NCBI GenBank assembly: GCA_964389755.1
Contig: CAYMEW010000015.1
Coordinates: 2,002 to 66,001 of the forward strand
Direction: 5' to 3'
Source of the DNA: an uncultured Flavobacteriales bacterium
GTDB taxonomy: Bacteria > Bacteroidota > Bacteroidia > Flavobacteriales_D > Crocinitomicaceae
DNA length: 64,000 nucleotides
Below the pieces are notes generated by a model. The model worked only from the letters and a program-made list of their open reading frames with translations. It was not told the origin of the DNA and did not search any database. Each line of letters starts with the position of its first letter. Position 1 is the stretch's first letter. This document shows, in pieces, positions 48,383 through 55,694 of this stretch. The position numbers were made by a program, and so were the translations under genes.

Positions 48383-49606
48383 ATGCAGTTCACACAGAAC
48401 GTTCTCTACTGGTTACGGCACCGCTACCGGAAAATACTTAACAGCATCGCCTTTTACCCGGCCCTGATCGGATTTTGCTTCCTGCTGCTTTCCATCGGCG
48501 TATTATACCTGGATTATTCAGGGTTCGGGGAAAAACTCACTTCCGGAATTGACTGGCTTACGCTCAAGGATTCGTCCACGGCGCGGAGCATCGTCGCTGC
48601 GATTGTAACGGGAATCATTTCACTTACCGTGTTCAGTTTTTCGATGGTGATGATCGTCCTCAACCAGGCGGCGTCGAATATGTCGAACCGTGTGCTGGAC
48701 AAACTCATCGGGAACCGTTTCCAACAGGTTGTGCTTGGCATTTACATCGGCACGATCGTTTATGCGCTCTTCCTGCTTTCCAATATCCGCGACATAGACT
48801 CCGGCCTGCAAGTGCCCGTCATCGGCATCTACCTGCTTATTTGCATCACGATCTTCGACATCTTCCTGTTTATCTATTTTCTGCATTACATCACGCAGTC
48901 CGTAAAATACGAGGTGATCACTCAGCGCTTATACGAAAGTACCCGCGAGGCCATGCGCGTGCAATGCGATATCTATGAACTGGAACCGGACATCGACGCG
49001 CCGGAACTGACGCAACGTGTTTGCTTCCCGCTTTCCGGTATTTACTGCGGGTTCGGGGAAGAACAGCTTGTGACGTTCTGCGAAAAGCACGACCTGGTGC
49101 TCCGATTTATGCATCCTCCGGGAACGTTCGTGCTGAGTGGATCAGATTTGCTTGTCTGCAATAAACCGATTTCCGCTGACATACTTCGCGACCTGATGAA
49201 ATGCGTATTGATCCAGGAAAAAGAATCGATTGAAGACGATTACGTATACGGATTGCAACAACTGAAAGAAATAGCCAACCGCGCGCTGAGTCCGGGTATT
49301 AACGACCAGGGAACGGCTATCGTCGCGCTGCGGTCGCTGTTCACACTCCTTGCAAAGCGCCTGCGCAGTTTCCCGAAAAAGACCATCTACGATTCGCAAA
49401 TGAAGCTGCGCATCCTCCCAAATACGCACGACTTCGAATCGCTCGTGCGCCTGTGCGTATTCCCGGTCTGGCACTATGGGAAAGACGATCCGTGCATTCA
49501 ACGCGAAATGCGCCTGCTCATCACGCAGTTGAACACCATTCAGTCCACTGCTGTTATGAACGAGTTGCTCGGAGAAGTGGAGGCTGCTGGTGAAATTGAT
49601 AATTAG
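48383..49606 (+). CDS. DUF2254-family membrane protein
   Basis: Four N-terminal TM helices plus a soluble C-domain with the GINDQGTAI-type motif. Confidence 0.65.
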   Translation: MQFTQNVLYWLRHRYRKILNSIAFYPALIGFCFLLLSIGVLYLDYSGFGEKLTSGIDWLTLKDSSTARSIVAAIVTGIISLTVFSFSMVMIVLNQAASNMSNRVLDKLIGNRFQQVVLGIYIGTIVYALFLLSNIRDIDSGLQVPVIGIYLLICITIFDIFLFIYFLHYITQSVKYEVITQRLYESTREAMRVQCDIYELEPDIDAPELTQRVCFPLSGIYCGFGEEQLVTFCEKHDLVLRFMHPPGTFVLSGSDLLVCNKPISADILRDLMKCVLIQEKESIEDDYVYGLQQLKEIANRALSPGINDQGTAIVALRSLFTLLAKRLRSFPKKTIYDSQMKLRILPNTHDFESLVRLCVFPVWHYGKDDPCIQREMRLLITQLNTIQSTAVMNELLGEVEAAGEIDN

Positions 49607-50037
49607 TTATTTCCGGATGTAAAATACTTTGGATCCACAATGGGAAGAATTGCGTTATGAAGAAAGGTGCCTCGATAAAAAGAGAACATCATACCCCGGG
49701 TAGTTGAAATAGCGATGGAGTTAAGAGAGAAAATAAGTTGATCGGGAAGTGTAAAACGATTATCTTCTTTAAAGTAATATTCCGAAAGATTAGGGATTTC
49801 GTAAACACAACTCGTACGGATTTTACCGTATAACTCTGATTCAGTTTCTCCCATAATGCGAACATTGCAGATTACAATAAATGAAGTGTCTTCCGGGTTT
49901 GTAATGTGATGTTCCAGATTAATATCAAACTCGAATACGGAACTTTCGGACAAAGGTTTACCGGGCAAAATAAGTGACGACTCAAGTAACTCGATAGACC
50001 TGATCTGAAATTGTATTGGATCTTTTTTTTTACTCAT
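49603..50037 (-). CDS. SecB-like chaperone
   Basis: 144 aa. By-eye register with E. coli SecB: FQIRSIELLESSLILP / FQIQRIYTKDISFEAP, VICNVRIMGE... / VVLRVTVTAS..., and TTRGMMFSFYRGTFLHNAILPIVDPKYF / [26 protein letters not shown]. Confidence 0.6.
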   Translation of the reverse strand: MSKKKDPIQFQIRSIELLESSLILPGKPLSESSVFEFDINLEHHITNPEDTSFIVICNVRIMGETESELYGKIRTSCVYEIPNLSEYYFKEDNRFTLPDQLIFSLNSIAISTTRGMMFSFYRGTFLHNAILPIVDPKYFTSGNN

Positions 50038-50050
50038 CTTGCTTTGTGCT

Positions 50051-50488
50051 TTATGCTGACTCGCGAATGTGTGTTATTATTGATCGGGCAGAGTATTGTT
50101 TATTCATAATTGGTTGACCAAAGATCATTTCGTTTAAACAGGCTGTTTCGGTAATTTGAACTTGTCGGCTTACTAGGGCGCGATAGATTACGACCGGTTT
50201 TATTTGTTTGGGTTCCTCCGGGTTCAATAGCGAAACACCGAGGGCATTTTCCAGTTCTATCAGCGTGTCTACTGTAAAGTTGTGCGTTCCGGACAGCCAC
50301 TTCGAAATTATGGAAGGGTTTTCTTTGCCTACTGCGGCCAAAAGATCTTTCTTTTTCCAGTTTTTCGCTTGCATGGCTTTTTCAATACGAACCGCCAACA
50401 TCATTTTTGCGTCTGTTTTAGCTTGTTCTAACGGCGTAATTTCCGCAAGTAACTGGTCCAAAGTACTGGTGGGATTATTCTTTTTCAT
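50051..50488 (-). CDS. XRE-family HTH antitoxin with a ~55-aa C-terminal extension
   Basis: Start taken at MKKNNPTS. HTH KNWKKKDLLAAVGKENPSIISKWLSGTHNFTVDTLIELENALG, then an extra tail NPEEPKQIKPVVIYRALVSRQVQI... Confidence 0.7.
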   Translation of the reverse strand: MKKNNPTSTLDQLLAEITPLEQAKTDAKMMLAVRIEKAMQAKNWKKKDLLAAVGKENPSIISKWLSGTHNFTVDTLIELENALGVSLLNPEEPKQIKPVVIYRALVSRQVQITETACLNEMIFGQPIMNKQYSARSIITHIRESA

Positions 50489-50979
50489 TGTTCTCTGTAA
50501 TGTCAAATTCAAGGTTTCCTTCAAAATCAAGGTAGTCATTCATATAATAAATGTCTTTTTCCCTGATTCTTTGCGTAATAATCGCCGATAATTTACGCAG
50601 GAAATAATTTTCGCTCTTAAGTTTTTCGTCTTCCTGTAATGCGCTTATCGATTTGGGCTTGTATCCGCCGCTTCCTAAAACGATTAATTGAGATCCGTAT
50701 ACAATATAACCTCAAATTGCTGTTTGGGATATCGTAAAGCGCACAAACACCATCCCCGGGAGCGCCTTCCCATTCTTTGAAAAATTGCACACGGGCACCG
50801 GTCTTTGTCCCTATAGTTCTTAAACGTTGAATGATATCTTTTGTTTCACTTTTAAATGAAATTGAATATTCGTTAACAAATTTTTCAAACAGTGTGGTAC
50901 TTTCATCTTCAAGATACACCGAGTAAATTGAAGCCTCCTTGCCACTCAAGCTATCTATTTTTACTAATTTGCATTTCAT
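50475..50979 (-). pseudogene. Gp49/HigB-like (RelE superfamily) toxin gene interrupted by a 1-nt frameshift
   Basis: Frame A (50979-50617) ends ...NSNLRLYCIRISINRF... The other frame is open from 50711 and reads YGSQLIVLGSGGYKPKSISALQEDEKLKSENYFLRKLSAIITQRIREKD... to a TAA at 50475-50477 that overlaps the antitoxin ATG. Total length is 505 nt (3n+1). Confidence 0.6.
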
Positions 50980-50992
50980 TCAGGCGAGCGTT

Positions 50993-51000
50993 CAAAGGTA
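50993..51000 (-). promoter_or_regulatory. -7 box (TACCTTTG) upstream of the toxin gene
   Basis: The minus strand reads TACCTTTG 13 nt before the ATG at 50979. Confidence 0.5.
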
Positions 51001-51462
51001 TAGTTTATTTTATATAACACAAATAAATTTTACTTAAAAGTGAATTTTATTCATTTTTTATTATTTGTTACGGATTAGGCAAGTTAGTGAAATTTATTTA
51101 TAGTTGAACTATGTCTTAGTAATAAAACTTCCTCTGGCAAATGATTCAATTTCATCAATTCAAAGATCGAATTGAAAATACCGGTATGAAATCCCGAAGC
51201 GAAACCGTGTACCCGGCAAAACCTCTTCCAGCCTTGGAGAACCCGGTTTTTAAGACGCCAAAAATTTGGATAACAAGTGAGGAGAACAAGCGCAGCTTGT
51301 GAAGACCAAGTGGTAGCGCAGGGAACTCCAAAGGAGATCACCGATCCTGTCCAAATTTTCAAGGCTGAAAAATCAACGCAACGGTAGTGGAGTTGAAGGG
51401 TTCTCCACAGCCCTTGATTTTTTGTTTCTTTTGCATCAAGGCAAAAGAAAGGAGAAAGAAAA

Positions 51463-51771
51463 CTAAACTTTTGAAATGCACTTGGCTTCCGAAGCAACGG
51501 TCGTTCCCTGCAATCCCCTCAAAAAACCATACACCTGCCGCGCCAGCATCTCCACTTTCCCTGAATCCTTCACATCCCCGACCGAGCCGATCAACGCCAG
51601 ATACACCTCAAACACACCATTCGGCTGCGCTTCCAGCCGCATTAGTTCGAAAATACGGTCCGCGAGGTTGAGGTGGTAGTGCTCCGCCGAAATTCCCAGC
51701 CGCAGCAGCGAGCTGCTCAGGTGTTCATAACGGATGTTGTCTTCGATCAGACCGATGAGGATTTTTTCCAT
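51463..51771 (-). CDS. Hypothetical protein (~102 aa)
   Basis: Start taken at MEKILIGLIEDN. No recognisable domain. Preceded by the palindrome CCTTTGCA-N12-TGCAAAGG (51774-51801). Confidence 0.5.
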   Translation of the reverse strand: MEKILIGLIEDNIRYEHLSSSLLRLGISAEHYHLNLADRIFELMRLEAQPNGVFEVYLALIGSVGDVKDSGKVEMLARQVYGFLRGLQGTTVASEAKCISKV

Positions 51772-51823
51772 GACCTTTGCATTTTTTGTTCCTTGCAAAG
51801 GTGAGGTGTTCAACTAAGAAATC

Positions 51824-51843
51824 TGTCATAATCTATTATGACA
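51824..51843 (-). terminator. Perfect 9-bp hairpin downstream of the AIPR gene
   Basis: tgtcataat-ct-attatgaca, 22 nt past the AIPR stop. There is no clear T-tract, so it could instead be an operator. Confidence 0.35.
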
Positions 51844-51864
51844 CAGGGAGTTTTTATTAACAAT

Positions 51865-53622
51865 TTATCCTTTTGGGTCGATTAGGGCAGCAAAATTTGT
51901 AAATGGATTATTTGTGTCAGTCATTTTACCGATCTCGATAGTACTCCTTACTGTAGAAACTATCTGACGATAACTTTCCTTATCATTTATAATTTGAGCA
52001 AATTCGCTATCTATAACTCGCGCAACAATTGAAAGTGTAATGACTATTAATGGTTTACATCTATCAATTAATTCCTGAATACTATTGCTACTTGCTGATG
52101 CAATACCATTTGCGAACGCGACATTATGTTTGTCAACACTTTCACCAATAATGCTTTCAAGACTGTCTCCAATTATAGATAAGAGAAAATATTTAAATCT
52201 CAAATGTCTAAGTAATGACAATTGTTTAATTTCATCAGTAGTGCATCTTGTATCGTTGTTTTTGACTTTTAATTCATAACACCTTGCATCAATAGCTTTA
52301 ACAAAGCAATATGCCAATAATAAATGCTTAGATTTCGTATTATGAAAAGCATCGTTGTAGAGACTAGTACTTTCAAAAATATTGTTTTTCCCACTTCCTG
52401 CTTCGACGTAATTGCCGTGCAAAGCAGACGTTGGCTGTGCAACTAGTTCAATACTTAATTCGGAGTGGTTTTCAAATCCTCTTTTGAAGGAATAAGTGTA
52501 ACCTAATTTATCAAATTCGGTAGCAATTCTAACCTGCTCGGGGTTTCCACTATATTTATCCCATGTCGTGATTTCATTCTGAGTATTATTATATTTTACT
52601 ATAGAATTTATCGTATTTTCATCGGTGGATTCAATGATTCGACATAAAACTTTAACAGCTTCTAAGTTTTCAGGATTTGAATGCGAAATGGAACCTGTTG
52701 TTTGTGCACCGTTTATAATTGAAATCCCCTCCAGCAAAGTTTCATTATTATTGCCTGGATTTGCATAGAATTTAGTGGTTAAGATCGTTATTCCATTGTT
52801 AAAAGCCCAAAAATTTTCTGCCTCATTTTCGACTGTAGTTTTAATACCATTGTTAATTTTTTTTCGTCCTCGTCGACTGATACCTAAGAAATTTCTGTAA
52901 TTAGCTGAAAATAGGTTATCACCATATTCAGTATAAAGAGTTTTCAGCCATTGACCATTCACAGTAAATATTGAAGCCTTCCATTTTTCGTTCGATTCTT
53001 CAAATTTTATTTTTTCTGGTAACTTTATTGTATCTTTTACAGCTATTGCGGTTTCTCTTAGCCTATAGATTCGCTCGGTATATTGTAGACCTACCTCCTC
53101 TGCGTTTATAATTATATCGGAATCATTTATTAACTTGATTAAGTTAGCTTTAACAGTGTCAAGTTCGTCACGAACATTTTTTGATTCGGCTAAATTATGC
53201 ACGTAGAGTATCTCAATATCCTCAATTTCCTTATTTCCCAGAGCTTCTCTAATATCTTGTGCTATTTCTCTAAGAGAATTTTTAAATTTTCCATTTTCAT
53301 CAGTTCTGAGGTCATCTAAATTACCAGATAAAATCCAAGCAAACGCAGTATTTAAATCTGATGCCTTGTTTGACTTTGCTTTATAAACTGCACCATTCGA
53401 AGAATAAGTACCTTGAGCCACAATTAATCTTTTACTATCTAAATCAAGCCTAACAAAGTCTATTTTCTTATCACCATGACCGTCGGTTAAGCTTTCAGAA
53501 GCTAACTGATCTATATCTGGAAAGTCAAGATACATTCCCATGACCCATAATAAATAAGCCTTTTCTTCACCATATTTTTCAATTAGTAAAGTTTGATCCT
53601 TAAAATTTTTCAAATAGTCCAT
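51865..53622 (-). CDS. AIPR-family abortive-infection phage-resistance protein
   Basis: 585 aa. N-terminus ESLTDGHGDKKIDFVRLD...IVAQGTY, central FWAFNNGITILT...INGAQTTGSI, the typical AIPR pattern. Strongly AT-rich. Confidence 0.75.
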   Translation of the reverse strand: MDYLKNFKDQTLLIEKYGEEKAYLLWVMGMYLDFPDIDQLASESLTDGHGDKKIDFVRLDLDSKRLIVAQGTYSSNGAVYKAKSNKASDLNTAFAWILSGNLDDLRTDENGKFKNSLREIAQDIREALGNKEIEDIEILYVHNLAESKNVRDELDTVKANLIKLINDSDIIINAEEVGLQYTERIYRLRETAIAVKDTIKLPEKIKFEESNEKWKASIFTVNGQWLKTLYTEYGDNLFSANYRNFLGISRRGRKKINNGIKTTVENEAENFWAFNNGITILTTKFYANPGNNNETLLEGISIINGAQTTGSISHSNPENLEAVKVLCRIIESTDENTINSIVKYNNTQNEITTWDKYSGNPEQVRIATEFDKLGYTYSFKRGFENHSELSIELVAQPTSALHGNYVEAGSGKNNIFESTSLYNDAFHNTKSKHLLLAYCFVKAIDARCYELKVKNNDTRCTTDEIKQLSLLRHLRFKYFLLSIIGDSLESIIGESVDKHNVAFANGIASASSNSIQELIDRCKPLIVITLSIVARVIDSEFAQIINDKESYRQIVSTVRSTIEIGKMTDTNNPFTNFAALIDPKG

Positions 53623-53641
53623 TGTTTTTTATTAAAAATTG

Positions 53642-53815
53642 CTACTTCTGCAACGCCTTAATCGCCCGCTCATGCGAGATCAAAATATCGCGCATAAACA
53701 AATTATACGGAAACACCTTGTGCCGGGCATTCTGCTTGAATTCCTGTAAAATGTGATACAGGCTGTCGGAAGGCAGCGAGAACGGATGATGGCGTAGTAG
53801 TTTCTCCAGTTTCAT
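53642..53815 (-). CDS. Small ORF (57 aa) immediately upstream of AIPR
   Basis: MKLEKLLRHHPFSLPSDSLYHILQEFKQNARHKVFPYNLFMRDILISHERAIKALQK. Too short for the ORF track. 19-nt gap to the AIPR ATG. Confidence 0.45.
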   Translation of the reverse strand: MKLEKLLRHHPFSLPSDSLYHILQEFKQNARHKVFPYNLFMRDILISHERAIKALQK

Positions 53816-53846
53816 TTCGTAGGTGCGTTTAAGCGTTTAAGATCTC

Positions 53847-53854
53847 CAAATATA
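53847..53854 (-). promoter_or_regulatory. -7 box (TATATTTG) for the small-ORF/AIPR unit
   Basis: The minus strand reads TATATTTG 31 nt upstream of the small-ORF ATG. Confidence 0.5.
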
Positions 53855-53981
53855 GAAAATAGTTCAAACGAAACAAGTGGTTCGACAAAAAAGAGAATAA
53901 GTGCATCGTTTTCAAAGACAAACTATAGGCTTCCTTAACAATTATAAGGGAATCTGAATCTAACTATTAATCGAAAAAGTG

Positions 53982-53989
53982 TAATTTTG
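53982..53989 (+). promoter_or_regulatory. -7 box (TAATTTTG) for the 54005-54891 two-gene unit
   Basis: Perfect TAnnTTTG 15 nt upstream of the ATG at 54005. Confidence 0.55.
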
Positions 53990-54004
53990 TGTAAAACCGA
54001 AGTC

Positions 54005-54451
54005 ATGGAAACCATCGCCTCCATACATCAGGCATTTGAAGAAGAAACGACGATTATCCGGAAAAACATCCGGAAAGAAGAGAACCTGCACGTCAGTGAT
54101 GAGTCGCTCGATCATGCGCTCGAATGCAAGGCGTATATCAATCTGGTGAACGATGGATATGCTGTGTTATTTACCCTGGTGGATCGACTCACAATGCTAA
54201 AAGCGACGGGTGCCGAAGAAGAAAAACTGGTGGAAGGTTTGGTCACGATGCTTAATATGTTGAATCGGGTTGCGATTCGCATGTGGATGGAAATCGATAG
54301 TGATCCCTTCCTGAAAGTGGCCTGCAAATCTTCACTGCTCGACCTTCGGGTCAATATCCGTTCGTTAAAAGAAGATAGTAAGGACCTTGAAAGGCGTTTT
54401 CTGAAAAACTCCGACGATCCGGAACTGGATGACTTGTTTGACGCGATCTGA
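54005..54451 (+). CDS. Hypothetical acidic all-helical protein (148 aa), candidate antitoxin
   Basis: Start taken at METIASIHQ. No HTH/RHH/AbrB signature visible. 8-nt gap to the RelE-like gene. Confidence 0.5.
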   Translation: METIASIHQAFEEETTIIRKNIRKEENLHVSDESLDHALECKAYINLVNDGYAVLFTLVDRLTMLKATGAEEEKLVEGLVTMLNMLNRVAIRMWMEIDSDPFLKVACKSSLLDLRVNIRSLKEDSKDLERRFLKNSDDPELDDLFDAI

Positions 54452-54459
54452 ATGCCAAC

Positions 54460-54891
54460 GTGAAACTTTTCTGCACCGATCACTTTAAAACTACACTACT
54501 GAAACTGGCCAAAATTCCCAGGCACTACCACTGTATTCACAAACGGATTAAAGCGGATTTTCTCGATGCGGACAATTATGTGGCTATTACGGGGAGTATT
54601 CTAAAAGATAACGCAGACAACATTTTATACAAGGCACGGTCGAAGAGTTGTGGTACAAATGGCAAAAGTTATGGTTTCAGAACGTACATCCTCTGTAAAA
54701 AAGATAAGCCCGAAGCGTATTGCACGACGATTTATCCTAAATACGGATCAAAGAATACGGCTTCGATAAGTACTGCAGAAGAAAAAGCGCGCATGCGCGA
54801 GCTTGTAGACGAAAAAAAGGCCGGGACACTTTGGGAAATTCAGTGGGATGAAGGAGCGCAGAAACTTGATTTCGTAAAGTTTCGCCGGTAA
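54460..54891 (+). CDS. RelE/ParE-superfamily-like putative toxin (143 aa)
   Basis: Core LYKARSKSCGTNGKSYGFRTYILCKKDKPEAYCTTIYPKYGSKNTASISTAEEKARMRELV follows the K.R....GKSGGyR.i......l..iy.K....is..E pattern of RelE-like toxins. Confidence 0.5.
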   Translation: MKLFCTDHFKTTLLKLAKIPRHYHCIHKRIKADFLDADNYVAITGSILKDNADNILYKARSKSCGTNGKSYGFRTYILCKKDKPEAYCTTIYPKYGSKNTASISTAEEKARMRELVDEKKAGTLWEIQWDEGAQKLDFVKFRR

Positions 54892-54944
54892 ACACATTAT
54901 AGGGTCATTAATGACTAAGAAATGTTGTTGCGTTGAAACGAATC

Positions 54945-55691
54945 TCAAATCGCGTTCAGCCACTGAAGAAATTCGTCTTTCTTCCGGATTGCGAGCGGAA
55001 CGGTACTTTTGTCTTTCAGAACGATCGTGTTGCCGTCGCCTTTTACGTAGTGATCGAAATACAGCATATTCACGAGGTGCGACTGGTGGCTTCGGAAAAA
55101 GCCCATCGGCGTGAGCAGCGTTTCGTATTCTTTAAGCGTGGTGGAAACCAGTAGTTTTTGTCCGTTCAGCAGAAAAAAAGTCGTGTAGTTCTTGTCCGAT
55201 TCGCAACGGATAATATCCTGCACGTTGACCGAATAGATTTTTTCGGCGGTCTTGAGGATCAGCTTCTGGAGGCCACGTGTCCGCTCAATATTGGAAAATA
55301 AGGTGTTGAACTGCAATTCGAGCATGTCGCGGGTAACCACCTCCTCGGCTTTTTTTACGGCCGAAACCAGCTCCTCGGGGTCGATCGGTTTCAGGAGAAA
55401 ATCGATGGCGCTGAAACGAAAAGCCTTGATGGCAAATTCCTGGTGAGCGGTGATAAAGATCACCTTAAAATTCACCGGGCGCAGCTCCTGCAGCAAGTCG
55501 AAGCCGGTGCCGTCGGCCATTTCCACGTCGAGAAACACCAGGTCGGGCATAAACTGGCGGATGCATGCAACTCCGGTTTTCACACTGTCGGCTTCACCGA
55601 GCAGGGCCACGTTGGGGCAATGTTCTTTGATCAGCGCGGCATTCTTTTGCCGGATCGTGTCGATATCGTCTACGAGGATGGCTCTCAGCAT
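54945..55691 (-). CDS. LytTR-family response regulator
   Basis: Receiver domain (ILVDD...PDLVFLDVEM) plus a C-terminal LytTR DNA-binding domain. Confidence 0.88.
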   Translation of the reverse strand: MLRAILVDDIDTIRQKNAALIKEHCPNVALLGEADSVKTGVACIRQFMPDLVFLDVEMADGTGFDLLQELRPVNFKVIFITAHQEFAIKAFRFSAIDFLLKPIDPEELVSAVKKAEEVVTRDMLELQFNTLFSNIERTRGLQKLILKTAEKIYSVNVQDIIRCESDKNYTTFFLLNGQKLLVSTTLKEYETLLTPMGFFRSHQSHLVNMLYFDHYVKGDGNTIVLKDKSTVPLAIRKKDEFLQWLNAI

Positions 55692-55694
55692 GGC

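Noticed and set aside
51084-51497. 137-aa minus-strand ORF as a real gene
   Set aside because: Its Trp/Cys/Phe-rich composition is not protein-like, it has no start context, and the region is better explained as non-coding or decayed (see finding).
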